A stretch of DNA of 55,108 nucleotides, filler included, from Sphacelaria rigidula (GCA_964200075.2; 6 parts of 6 records of this genome joined end to end with filler, not necessarily neighbours in it), one strand, 5' to 3'; numbered from the whole stretch's first letter, positions 35,873-48,350 are shown. Notes: generated by a model from the letters alone, not told the origin. Translations and numbers: made by a program.

Positions 35873-36174
35873 ACGTGCGCGCCGTTTGCTCCAGCTCAAA
35901 CGTGAGAGATCCAGACCCGAAGCGTGTATCCACCCACGATTCGACCAAAAGTCAGGTTTGCTTGTTCTGCATGCTCTCTACTGTTGTTGCTACGGATTAC
36001 GGTTACATGGTTGATGCGGGCACTGATCTTAGCCGTGTCGACGTTTGTATTTCGCACAGCTGGCCTCGTGATCGTATAGCATGGGGCGTGTTGGGTGGAG
36101 ATGCCGTAGAAAAGACGAGAACAAGTATATTGTTGCTGATACAACGTCGCGAACTGTTCCTCCTTGCCTCCCTG

Positions 36175-36226
<52 letters not shown>

Positions 36227-36228
36227 AT
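36175..36228. repeat. (TTG)n microsatellite
   Basis: Directly visible. Confidence 0.95.
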
Positions 36229-36257
36229 TGCACCCCGTGATGGTTTGGTAATTTCAG

Positions 36258-36347
36258 GTGGCCCAGTTAGAGGAATACCTGAAGAGTGTGGACACCCATC
36301 TCGCGCCGCTGTCGGAGGCGCTCGACACCATGATGGATTGCAACGAG
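36258..36347 (+). CDS. Axonemal dynein heavy chain exon (GC donor)
   Basis: tttcag|GTG. Translation VAQLEEYLKSVDTHLAPLSEALDTMMDCNE continues IEE in frame, and the exon ends GAG|gcaagt. Confidence 0.65.
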
Positions 36348-36808
36348 GCAAGTGGAACATGACTTGGCTTGTACTCACGTGTCGCCGCCGCGCCCCGGTG
36401 GTGTAAATTAAAATGTTTGGACTGTTATCACAAGGGTGGAGAGAACGTCGGTTCGATTCCCGATGCATCGGAGTTTTCTTCGAAGTATCCAACGACATAA
36501 TTAATTTCCACCGTCGAAAGTATGAGTACGTGAGTGAACAAAAACTAGTTGCCTGAGTTTGTTTGACGAGAGTTGACGCGTTGCGGGAGTACGGATCATG
36601 ATCCAATCCGCGAGGCCAAGATCATCAAGGCGTGTACCGGGGGCAGGGGGGGGGGGGGGAGGGGGGGGTATTCATTTGTTGCTTGCCGTAGCCGTTTGAC
36701 CATTGACCNNNNNNNNNNNNNNNNNNNNNNNNNNNNNNNNNNNNNNNNNNNNTTAATTAATTAANNNNNNNNNNNNNNNNNNNNNNNNNNNNNNNNNNNN
36801 NNNNNNNN

Positions 36809-37445
36809 TGGTGGGCCGTGCGCAGTGTACTGTAGTGACCGCTGAGAGGGGTCCATGTGACGCACCCGTACAGGAGTGCTTCGACAGCCTCGGCTTTGAT
36901 CATGCGGACCTTGAGGTGGACGGCCGCATTCGACCGATTGTACAGTTGGACTTTGTACTTATGGTAGCTCGACCATGCCCCTCGTACGCGCTTGTTGATT
37001 TCCACCGAGAGGCCGCCACTCTCCGTGATCGACCCCCCCAGGTAAACAAATTTGTCTGTTTGTTCGTATACCTGACCAGCCGCGTTGATGTCGAGGTGCC
37101 CCGCTTGTGAGTGCAGTCGCATGGTCTTCGTCTTTGCTTCCGACACGGTCAACCCGAACTCTCCGCAGATCGTCACAATCACAGCCATCATCTTCTCGAG
37201 GCTCGACGGTGTCCGCGAGACGATGCAGACGTCATCGGCGTACAGCATACTCCATAGGGACCGTTTCTCTTCCGCCGCTATTGCTGTGGCCACATCTGGC
37301 TCGACCCATGCTACAGAACATTCCTGGTGGAAATCTCCCTTTTCGCGCTTCCGGACTCGCACCAGGTCCCCCGAGATGTCAGGGTCATCGCGGAAGGCTG
37401 CCAGGGCCACCGTGAGTACTGCCGTCAAGAAGATGTTGAACAATA
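36809..37445 (-). mobile_element. Non-LTR (RTE-like) retrotransposon reverse transcriptase, 5'-truncated
   Basis: LFNIF, MLYADD, FGLTVSEAKTKTM, FVYLGG, EINKR and LLYGCVTW in one open frame that runs into the gap. Confidence 0.93.
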
Positions 37446-39872
37446 TGACATCAACATATTTCACCGTGGCGGGGGGCTAAACGCAGGCGATCGTATGACC
37501 TGCATAGCGTAATACTGTATGGCAATATTGAACTTCGGTCATGGAGGCAATTGCTCTTGTTTTCGTATTGAGCGACTTTATGGCCGCCCAGCGTCGCCTC
37601 GTGCACGTTTGTATGTCCATGTATGTCTATGTGCGTCGATGTATGTCGCCAGCTGTAAAGGGGGAAGAGGGCGAGTGGTTCCAGCCACCACGAAGCATTG
37701 GCGGCGCAAAGAGGATTGAGCACCTGAATTTTTGCTGTGGGCTTCATGGTCATGCGCGCTCTCTGCTTGCACTACACTTAAGGCGCTACCCGCGGCAATG
37801 TCCATTTGCCTCGTCCACTTTAAACTGAACAAGATCAAAAGCGGTAAAACGGCTATCGAGGGTATGATGCGTCTGGGATCGGGGGGTAACGGGGGTGAGT
37901 GAGCATACTCTCAGATCAACCCCAGACGCACGATGAAGCCCGCACCCATATTCCGACGAAGACTGCTGGGTGAGAAGTGGTGTGCGGTGCGCTCACACCT
38001 TTCGAATGGGGTGGCATGACAAAATCCAATAAAAAAATATATCTTTCTCGCTTGGCCACGACGGGGGAAAGCGTGTGACGTGACGATTGTGATCGAATAT
38101 TGTTTTTTTTTTAATTCGGCCACGGGTGGCTTTTACATACGCCGGTATTACTCATGTCACACACAGGTATGTTTCACATACCTCTATGGTGTGAAAACAC
38201 CATGATAATTCGGAACAAGGATGTTGTCGTGGCAAGTGGCAAGTGACAGAATGACCCGACCATGAACTATAGGTCGACATTTCCACATTTCCAAATTACA
38301 CAAGTCGGCAATGGCCGACGCGGTCGATACGGAAAGATGGAGGATCACAAGAAGTGCCTTATGATCGTCTTTGTCGAAGCAGATCTCACGCCACCATCTT
38401 TGAACGGAAACGCAAGAGTGCCGATCTCGTGTGATCATCGTTGAAGCCGGCAACACCGCTACACGGCTACCTTTGTTCCGGTTCAGGAAAACGGATACGT
38501 GGAAAACACCCGTGTAAGGCTAGCCATGTGAAATACCTCGGCCAACATGCACTGTTCCTGGACAAGGTGTCATTATAAGTGCACTAGCGCGTAAGTGCCA
38601 TGTTACGGAGATCAATCGCCTGCGAGCCGGGCTCAACTGAAAGCTGAAGCTGAGGTCTTGGTAACACAACAATACATCCCCCCGTAGTCCCAATGCTCTA
38701 CATGCCCAACGATCACGACTCGGAGTCTTGGAGATCGTAGCTATTTTCCGTATTTCGTCGTGAAAGTCGACCCTTGGTCGTCGCTATGTCCGAAGATCAT
38801 CGTGGGAGGTGACTCTCCGTCATCTTGCGAATATAGTCGTAGGCGTCGACTCAGTCGTCGTCATTTTCCGATTTTTAATCTCAGGAGTCGACTTTCGCCG
38901 TCGTTATTTTCCAAATCTAGTCGTAGGTATCGACTCTTCCTCGTCGACTTTTCAAATTGGTGGTGAAGTCGATTCTGAGTCGTTGCTCGTTTTTCGATTT
39001 CAGAGCAGGCATCGCGAATCACATCTCAAGAGTCATTGAACGTGTGACTTGAAGACATGGAGCTGGTAGATACCCTTCAGCCCCTTACACACGAATGATG
39101 AGATGGCGATGCCCCTCAGTACATGATGGGTATTGCTAGAATGTTCAGCCCTAGTGACCCATTACCCCCTCCACCCACCCCTGGGGGGGAAGGAATCAGT
39201 TCATGCCCTTCCCAAATATGCTCAGGAGGTGTCATCTATCCCTACGGTCTGTAACAAACGAGTGACGATAGCCATGAGCACGTTACGCGTGATGACAACA
39301 ACGGATACACCCCATCCTCGTAACATATGACCTCTATTCCCCTCGGGGGAAGGAATCAATGCATCCTGTCTCAAAACGATGTCACCCGAACAAATGTTTC
39401 CCGGCGTACTCGCCATTTGCGGACGGACTACAACGAATCTGAAATATTATGCCTCGTCAACCCTTTCGGGACAGGACCTCCAGCACAACCATTGAGGCTG
39501 GTAGGGAATGACGTCTCAGGCGTCTGCACAAAATAGTGGCTTCATGTCGCGAAAACTCCACGGTAACCACAGGGTTAGAAGGAGGACCGAAAGTTTCATC
39601 TGATATTTTTTTCAGGTGCAAATACAAAACTGTGATTCGGGTGGGGTGGCATTAGGTAATGTACATTTGATGTAACAAGCAGTATGGGTCGCCGTAGAGA
39701 GCTTTCAACAGCATACGGCGACCCACGGGCCGCTCGCCACTTGTGGCTTTGGATAATATTGTTCCCATCACCTTGCCACACGGCCCTTTGTGGTCGGGGT
39801 GGGCCGCGATTTCCCTCTTTGTTGCGAGTGGCAAATTCTCTTCCAAGGGTATGGGCGCTGCGGCGCACATTC

Positions 39873-39924
39873 GTACAGTACAGTACAGTACAGTACAGTA
39901 CAGTACAGTACAGTACAGTACAGT
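39873..39924. repeat. (TACAG)n pentanucleotide microsatellite
   Basis: Directly visible. Confidence 0.95.
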
Positions 39925-40344
39925 GCAATACGCCTTTCCGACTGCAGCAGCAGCTGCCGTTGCATAATCCCTACCGAAATCAGCCGCCTATACACTGCTT
40001 ATTCGTCCCCACCCACTACATACATGTATACTGTGTTCTGCAAGGCATCGGCAGAGGAATAGGCGAAACTCATGACTATAGCTCTTTCTCTCCTTCCACG
40101 GCCCAGCTAACTCGGTTTAGTGCCTCGTGAAGATGACCACGTTGTACCATGTACGCTTTTTCCCGTTTTTTCCCGGCCAATCATTTGTTCATGTAATTAC
40201 CACCCCCGAGTACAAGCTGGCGACCCAAGAAAACATCCGGGGAATCACGGGAGCGCTGTACTGAGTGCAAGTAAAACGAGAAATCGTTCCGCGAGCATCC
40301 GGGCTTTGCATACCTAGGAAGGCATTTTATCTGGGTCAGGGACA

Positions 40345-40632
40345 TCTGCCCTGGATCCCTTGGGCTTTTTATTTTTACAATTATTTTCCTTTTTTCATCG
40401 AAGATCGGCCACTTCTTTCTGTGCTTTCCTTTGCTTGACTTTTTTATGCTTTTTTCGACGTCTCAATCTACTATGTCGTTCTGTTCGACTTTTTTCTGCC
40501 CCTTCATTTTCTTCAGCGAGTGTGTTAGTGTTGTTTTCCTTGGGAACATCTGTCATGTGACCACGGCTGGACCCCTGGGGCGTCACTTAAAGTGCGACCA
40601 TCAATCAATCAATCAATCGATCGATCAATCAA
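40345..40632 (+). mobile_element. 5'-truncated non-LTR/SINE 3' end with (ATCA)n tail and 9-bp TSD
   Basis: GTGACCACGGCTGGA...AAAGTGCGAC then (ATCA)n. TCAGGGACA occurs at 40336-40344 and 40633-40641. Relatives at about 32980-33056, 34500-34625 and 47449-47600. Confidence 0.7.
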
Positions 40633-40959
40633 TCAGGGACAGGGCACCTACACAATCTTGGCAGTGACGTCAAACTAGGTAACAATCCCCGCGCTGGTCG
40701 TTCGGGTCTGGTCGATAAATTTCGCCTCGTCGTGATTGGGCAGGTCGTTCCCTGACATTTTTTTCTTCAATTTTTGACCAACACATGGTCAACCCCGTGT
40801 TAGTGGGGGGTCGGTCCCAGAAGGATCAGTAGATCAACAGCGATGCCCCTATTTCGATCGCGTATAACGGAGCCCGGCATTGCTTATTTTGGTTACCCAC
40901 CTACCAAATGTGTCAATATTGGTAAATTAGCGTACACGGTGTCAAAAATTCATTGAACG

Positions 40960-42790
40960 GAGCGTCGATACGAGCTGGGCAGGCCTAGACGCGGATTTAA
41001 GCTCTCAAAGCAATATCTCATCGACAGACGAGTTGGGCCGTGATCTGCGTATCGTATTAATCGTCTTATCATGGGGAAGGTGCCCATGTACTCATTAGTC
41101 TGGGCCAATTTTTTGTCGTTGATTGAATCTCATGTCTGGTGATTCCTATACCTTACGGAGATAGCGTCCATACTAAAATTCTACATGGAACCCCGAACGA
41201 CGTATACCGTGGATGATGACGATTTTTGGTGCGGACACTCCCTGGAGCAGGGGGGGAAGATTGATACCTCCACTATTGCCTAATTCGTTGTCTGTTTCGA
41301 GATATGGCGCAAATAAGGTTTATACTAAAATCGATATATTTCGAGCAGAGGCACATGGTGCACTAAAGCTGGATATTAGAGATTTTCGGAAGATGTTTCT
41401 TTTATCATGGACTCAGATTGCAGAGTGGAAGCTTCGAAACTTTACAGTGGACGTGAAAAAAGTTCATAGCGGAAGCTGACGTGACGTGGCGTGACGTTAT
41501 TTTTTTTTGTCGCAGTGATTGGCCGCAGGTTGCCCCGCCAAATGTACGATCGACCAGCGTCCACTTCGAGAGTGCATAGGCCGGCACAACACTGACTGTA
41601 CCGTACACTGCGGCACCGTACGCACCATACACTACGTTTCCTCACTGCACCTGCAGTACTTCAATACACTACGGCGCACTACAGGATACTGTAGTGCTGT
41701 AAAATAGTGCTGTAGTGCTTTAGTTCTGTGCAGCGTGGACTACAGTGCAGTACAGACAGTGCAATACAGAAACCTACAACAGTGCATGGCGATGCTATAA
41801 AGTATTATGCTGTACAGCGAAACGGTACAGAGAGTCAGTTGTATAAACAGTACGGTACGCAGCACTTTCAAACAGCAGACCTCGGCCGCATCGCGATGAT
41901 TTCTCCACATGCCACCCATAACGGTGGTGCAAGGCGTTATGATCTCTCACGGGATGGAAATACAGTCAGGTGTAGTACTGCTTGTGCGCTGTAGACTACG
42001 AATCGTTCCCACCGTTTTCGTCCAGCTGAAGCTGGTAACAATGAGGTCCTGCATCCAAGGCATTGTTATGTACCCGCCGAGCAATTGAACTTTCACGCAA
42101 CACAACCAAGCGGATTGCTGGTACCATGGCGGCGTCAGGGAGGTCTTCTGATTGCGATACCAAGCTTTTCTACTTCGTGAATGGGCCACTGTGATGAGTA
42201 TGGCAATTTTGATGGATGATGAATGTCCCACTCTGCTTGTTAGCGTGTATTGACTTCGGATTGGACGTGACCATGGTGGCGTAGGTGGGCGTGGTTCTTT
42301 TTCATTCCGCTATGAACTTTGAGGAGGAACAACAGTTTTCAGAGTGAAGTGGTGTGAACGGGAATCTCCCTCTGAAAAAAACTTCATAGCGGAAGGTGCA
42401 CTGTTACGGGCTATTTTTCCTTCCACTCTGACTCCAATAATTTGAAAAAATGTTTCACGAAACTCTCTATTGCGTCTCACTTTTTGGGAGAAATGTTTTA
42501 AAATGTGGTATGGAGAGTCGCTAATGATAGTGCATAATGAAAAAAAAGACATCATTTGTTGCTTTTTCCGTGTTATTTGATTTTATGTTTGTTTTTTTAG
42601 GGAAATTTTCAAGAAAATCGGACAATAGTCTTGGACTTCATGTCACTTTTCAGCTCAGTTTTGAGAATTAAGATTCGAAACTCATCATGGAGAACTGCAC
42701 AGGCATCCCAAAGCAAGAAAAAATGGGCCCTGCATTTTTTTTCTTTCTGAGAGGTAGGGGCCTTCTCGTGAAAATATGGCCCTTATCATA
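40960..42790. repeat. Interspersed repeat homologous to 49680-50915 (interrupted)
   Basis: Shared colinear blocks: GAGCTGGGC, ATATCTCATCG, TTGGGCCGTGATCTGC, TGGTATGGAGA, TTTTCAGCTCAGTTTT and CGTGAAAA.ATGG. Confidence 0.6.
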
Positions 42791-43803
42791 CTACAGCGTC
42801 ATAAGCAAGTGAGATTTGTGTACATATATATATATATATATATCACTCTTTCCCACTTTTTGGTTGGTTATGGCCTAGCGAGGTCCCACACGAAGGTTCA
42901 AACCACAAGTACCACTCCCTGGCCGGTAAACGGCCTGGCAAATATTTTTCTTTCGAATTTCGCCCGGCTCGGTTCTCAATCGCCCCGTCTCACCTCAATT
43001 TTGCCAGTTGGACCTCGAAATTTGGTACGGAGGATGAATAGGGCAGGCTAAAACGCTGTCGCTCGGAACGTGCAGTCTTTTTTTCGTGAGTTAACGGTAT
43101 TTTCCTGATATCTAGATACTGATTATTGCCATCAACTCCCGGAAAAGAAAAGAGAAACTGCACGTCCCATACGACAGCGTTTGAGCATTCCCTATTCTTC
43201 CTCCGTACCACATTTCGAAGTCTAACTCGCAAAATTGAGGTGAGACGGGGTCTGCAAACCACAAATTGGCGTCTTGGCCGGCCCAGCCTGTACTCAATTA
43301 GCAACTCGGGATCGGTATTTCTACTGGATTTCAACCAGAAGTATGTGTCCTTGATATCATGCCAAATGCAAATCGATATGAAGGTATGGCCGTGGAACCG
43401 CCCTGCGGTCGCTTCGTGTTCCGCTTGGGTGTGCTGCTGAGCCAACAAAAAACGGTTCGATTTTTTTTTACTGGTGTCACCACCCCGAGGCTCGGGGGTA
43501 AGTAATAGCGGCGTGGATCACAGGAGTTGTGACTACGACGATACTGCGTGTTCGTGTGTGTTCGTTCGCGTCTGTCGAGGTTGGGGTGCGCTCGGGTGAG
43601 AAGTGAGGAGTACACTAAACACATGGGACCAGGTGGGCTTCGTGTCTCCTTCGATTGCGACGATACTCCGATGACCAAGTGGACAACGACTCGAGGTGAC
43701 GGAACATGTGTTCAACAATAATATTCAGGATCAAATGGGAGGAGCGAGGCCTTGCCGGACCTACGTCAGCGTGATTCAGGAAAATGACCTACACTTGCAC
43801 TTA

Positions 43804-44226
43804 GGCCACTTCTTACGCAAAAAAAAAATGTGCGTGTGAAAAGTGCCTCTCTGGGCTCTTCTCCGTCGTTTTCCACCCGAAAAGAGGGCTAGACGGATAT
43901 TGATACCTCGAAATGACATGCTCGACGAATATTCCTTTAACCGTTCCAGGGCCCAACTTGTATTTTCAAGAACAAGCGGCCAACTTATAAAAAAACAGGG
44001 GGAGAACAGCTAGTTCTTCATCACTTGACCGTTTGTTACTGAAAATGCAACTTTGGAATAAACTAAACTGCGACCTACAGAAAACGCGAAGGTGCCCTGG
44101 AACGGTCTCAACGAGTCGCGCAAGGGTTTCAGTATTCGCTTCGCCCTCTTTTCGGGCGAATAACGGCAGAGAAGGGCAAAAATGGCACTTTTCAGCAAGA
44201 TTTTTTTCGACAAACACAAAGTGGCC
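43804..44226. mobile_element. Diverged PIF/Harbinger-like MITE (GGCCACTT...AAGTGGCC)
   Basis: Preceded by TTA. Arms are partly complementary and similar to 50238-50722. Confidence 0.55.
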
Positions 44227-44948
44227 TACATTACGTTTTTGAGTTAAAAAAATGAAGACATCGTACGCACAAGCTATACTCTTCATCGCTCAGGCTGTTC
44301 TGTACTCTGACCGCCCGGTGCATCAGTTGAATCGGCAATATTTTCACATAATGCCAGATGGTCTACCCTAGAAACAAAGGGGTCAACTCCTTCCTCCATG
44401 CACAGTAGTTTGCACCCCGATTCTTTCAAATACCCCCTGTACTGATCACCCTCTTGCTGTAGGGGGTGTTATACTCCGTCAACTGCTCACGATATTCATA
44501 TGCTTCATATACTTTCGAGGATTAGGCCGTACCGACACTGCCGTACAGACTGTGCAAGATGTATTATACACACGATACGAAATACAAAGTACCGTACGCA
44601 TCAGTGAATCATGACTGCTGACTGCTACCACTGCTGCATCCATGCAGGCGTGCATCGTATTGTCGAGGTACATGGAAATTGATTTTGGGAGAGTTGGTTG
44701 AGTGTGACATGCAGGTTGATGCGCGCGGGAATTGCCCCGCACATTACATGAGCGCGCTACGGTGGTCAACAACAACAGCTGAGAGTAGAGTATAAGAGTA
44801 CAGTGGAGCAAAGCCTTTACTAGTATTTTGCTGTCAAGAGGATATCGCAAACATTCCGTGGCTATCCCCATACATTCACGGCAACAGCGCAGCTGCACCT
44901 ACCCCCCGAACTTGCACGTTATACTGGTGCAAATCTGGCCCAACCCAC

Positions 44949-45193
44949 CTCCACAGCCAGCCTTTCAAAAACAACCGAGGGTTATCAGGGTCATCACCAT
45001 CACCCCCCACAGCTGCTGTTGTGTCCACTGATGTCGCACCACCTGAACAATTAGAACCATCGCCAAGATCCACGAGTTGCCATAGTCGCTCCAGCGTGCA
45101 ACCATTACTCCCTTCCAAGGCCACCTCCCTTTGGCTTGTCTCCCATAACACCTGGAGATCCGGCAAGCCTTGTCCTGCGCCAATTTTATCCAT
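44949..45193 (-). CDS. GTF3C1: General transcription factor IIIC subunit 1 (B-block binding), first exon
   Basis: EVALEGSNGCTLERLWQLV...FLKGWLWR matches the EVALEG..G.....LW ... LWR N-terminus of TFIIIC220/Tfc3. ATG at 45193, donor AG|gtgggt. Downstream exons were not identified. Confidence 0.72.
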
Positions 45194-46009
45194 TGCCAGT
45201 CCCTATAGCGTAGAGCAGTAGACCACAATATAAGGGCAAATAGGCAACGCACAATGAGAGCCGTAAACGCCTAGAATACTCGTGGCGATGAAAAGGCCAG
45301 AAAGCACTCCAGTGTTGCAGTGTTGTAGCACTACTGATTTGTGGGCGTCCACGGTTCAGTGAACACTTCACACTTCACCCACTTATTCGCTCAACGTGTG
45401 CCTTCGCAGAGCCGTATTCATACGTTTCAGTGATGAAATGTGAAGGACAATATACAAAAAAGGGAACACTCTGCTGCTATTAGGACAAAAAGGGTAACGC
45501 ACTGTTCGGTTTCGGGTGTGGCGCTGCAAGCGGGCTAAACACTTCGAAAAAACGTTCCAGCGCCTCAGCCCCACGCCCAAGGTGTATGGGCAGTATGCCC
45601 GGCCATTTTTGACGCGTGGTACTTACTACAGGCTAAACTACGGCGCGGAAAAAGAAATCCTGTTAAAGTACCCTTTTTTGTGCAGAATCCAGGAGGGTAC
45701 ACCCTGCTCTGTCCTAAAAATATCTGAAGAAAAGGGTCCACAAGTGAAGATGGAAGGGTAAGATATAATATGTTGGTAGAGAGCAAGGTGTACCCTCCTG
45801 GTTTTTGTTTGAAAAACAGAGTACTCTCATGGGTTGTCGTTTTCCGCAAGGAACAGTGTTTTCGTGAGATTGAGAGTAGATAATCCGATTGAGAGTGGCT
45901 TTGATCATTNNNNNNNNNNNNNNNNNNNNNNNNNNNNNNNNNNNNNNNNNNNNTTAATTAATTAANNNNNNNNNNNNNNNNNNNNNNNNNNNNNNNNNNN
46001 NNNNNNNNN

Positions 46010-46943
46010 CACAACGACCACGCCCCTTTCTCCCCTTAAATGGTTCCCGAGTCTCTCCGTAATTACTGTTGTGTCCCTATATCTCTGTGCGTGACGACCA
46101 GTACTGTATCCGTTGCTTGAACCAACCATGGATGATGCGACAAGTGCCCGTTTGTGGCGGAAGAGCCTAGCTTGACCCTGACACCAGCCCCGAGATCGCA
46201 AAGGTACAACAGTGTTCCACAACCCACCGGATCACAAAAGTCCGACGCGCTTTAAGTTGTGAGTCCACTTACTGTGTCGATAGACGTGATGGGTGTGTTA
46301 ACCCTTAGACCGCGAGGGTAGTTCATCTGGATCATGCATACTTTTTTCAAGTGAAGTTGATGCCGATTCAACAGTGACCTTTTCTCGTCATCGAAGGGTT
46401 AACCGTTGAGCTACAAATGATCATGGTTGATATTACTTGATATGAATGTGAACACCGAGAATCGGATCTTTAGTAGGACTGACAGACCCGTGCGCTCCTC
46501 GCATGCGCAAAGCGCGTTTTCGTTGAAACCGACGCCATAGGCGCCGATTTGGGGTCTACCAAGGCCGCACTCTGCCAAGAGAATGCTATGTACCGCCCTT
46601 GCCCGAGGATTCTCGGTATGCTTCGGATTGGGGTTAGTGTTGGGGTTAGGGTCAGGCGCGTGGTACCTGCAGGGACTGACCCGATTGATTTTGAAAAACG
46701 TCGACCCTGAGGTATTTTGAACTACGGCGCGGTCCTCCAAGCACGCGGTCCTCTCACGCATTACACTGGTGTCAGGGCCAAGCTAGGCTCTTCCGCCACA
46801 AACGGGCACTTGTCGCATCATCCATGGTTGGTTCAAGCAACGGATACAGTACTGGTCGTCACGCACAGAGATATAGGGACACGGCAGTAATTACGGAGAG
46901 ACTCGGGAACCATTTAAGGGGAGAAAGGGGCGTGGTCGTTGTG
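46010..46943. repeat. Near-identical 178-bp inverted repeat pair (46010-46187 and 46766-46943)
   Basis: Reverse-complement match with about 3 mismatches counted by eye. The left arm abuts the gap. Confidence 0.9.
46302..46398. mobile_element. 97-bp piggyBac-like MITE
   Basis: TTAA|CCCTT...AAGGG|TTAA. A reverse-oriented relative is at 53082-53179. Confidence 0.65.
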
Positions 46944-47730
46944 GCGCCGGTGAACGGCAAATGGGCGGGAAAAGAGCCGAAGGTGTGGGCGCCATGGTTG
47001 GAGTTAACGCGAGACTCCCTTGCGCGCGATGTGCCGCATCAGGTACAGTGTAGAGAGCGGCGGCCTAGCACTGGTACGTTCTCGGCCGATCGGTGGCCCA
47101 AATAAGGCACGATTGAAAAAAAAATCCTAGGTGAAGTATACCTGGGCGAAATTTGGCCCACAAAAGGTAAGCGGTTTCTGGGGGCGAGACGTTCATTTTC
47201 GCGCGGCCATATCTCTCGAGAAACATGTTTTTTTTCCCGTTTTTTGGTAAGGCCCGGGTGCCAATGCCCCCCCTGAATGATGGAGCGAAAACGATCAAAA
47301 TAGCGTGTTTGGCTGTTTTCGCGTTTCTGGCCATTTTTTGTACCTTTCTTGGGCGAAAAACGAGAAGTTATACCTTTTTCAGGCCATTGCTCAAATTTGG
47401 AATTGGGTTTATTGTGGATTTGACTCTTCAGGGGTTCGCGACCTGATTCATTTGATTGATTGATGGGTTGATTGTCGCATTTTAACTGACTCCCCAGGAG
47501 TCATGATCCAGCCGTGGTCATTATCCACATGATAGACGTACGCGAGACAAAACACAGGTGAAACACTCGCTGAAGAAGGAAGAATAAACAGAAAAGAGGG
47601 ACCTATATGCTCTTGTTTGCCTACCCCACCTGCAAAGAGGCCGTGCCACCTGAGAGTCGCGCTACATGAAATGACAGGTGGGAAACTGCATGTTATCATG
47701 ATTTGTATCACATGAACACGAGGTAGGTAA

Positions 47731-47991
47731 CATGTACACTTGATCGATCTCGTATGAATGGAAGGTGGGGAACATGTACGTATGATTCATGCTGCATGAA
47801 TGAAAATTGGGCAAGCATGTACGCATGATTCATGCTGCATGGATGGAAGCGGAGACCCATGTACGCTTGATTCACCGCGCATGAACGGAAGACAGGAAAC
47901 GTGCGCTCATGATTCATGCCGCATGAATGGAAATTGGGAGACTGTACCTATGATTCATACCTCACCAATGGAAGGTAGTAAACGTGTACCT
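47731..47991. repeat. Degenerate ~42-bp tandem repeat (about 6 units) with an internal palindrome
   Basis: Consensus about CATGTACGYATGATTCATGCYGCATGAATGGAA followed by a short variable purine-rich segment. Confidence 0.8.
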
Positions 47992-48193
47992 TCGTAGGTG
48001 TACCGCATGGCTCACGAATTCGGAATGTGTATACATCAAGTCGTGCCGTACGAATCATGAACTCAAAACACGTACAAATCACAACTTGTGTACGAAACGT
48101 CTGATTCATTCGTCCACGATTTTATTCGTCCGAACCGTGGTTGGTTGATCGACTACGGCGTTGGTTAATTGATTGGGTGGTTGGTTGGTCGAC

Positions 48194-48292
<99 letters not shown>

Positions 48293-48350
48293 ATTATTAT
48301 TGTTATCATTATTTCCGCACATTAGTCCGATCTCTCGAAGCCGTGGTCAT
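48194..48350 (-). repeat. (TTA)n/(TTG)n microsatellite forming the tail of a retroposon 3' end
   Basis: The minus strand reads GACCACGGCTTCGAGAGATCGGACTAATGTGCGG followed by (AAT/AAC)n. A similar 3' end is at about 50969-51045. Confidence 0.75.

Noticed and set aside
7876..45193. Functional cluster of tRNA/translation genes (CysRS, Sen54, RPL7A, TFIIIC)
   Set aside because: The genes lie on different artificially joined contigs. Only the within-contig pairs are real neighbours.
46628..46655. Telomere-like TTAGGG repeats
   Set aside because: Only one exact unit amid degenerate ones, so it is not an array.
47731..47991. CRISPR array
   Set aside because: Eukaryotic context, linkers of only about 10 bp, degenerate repeats and no cas genes.
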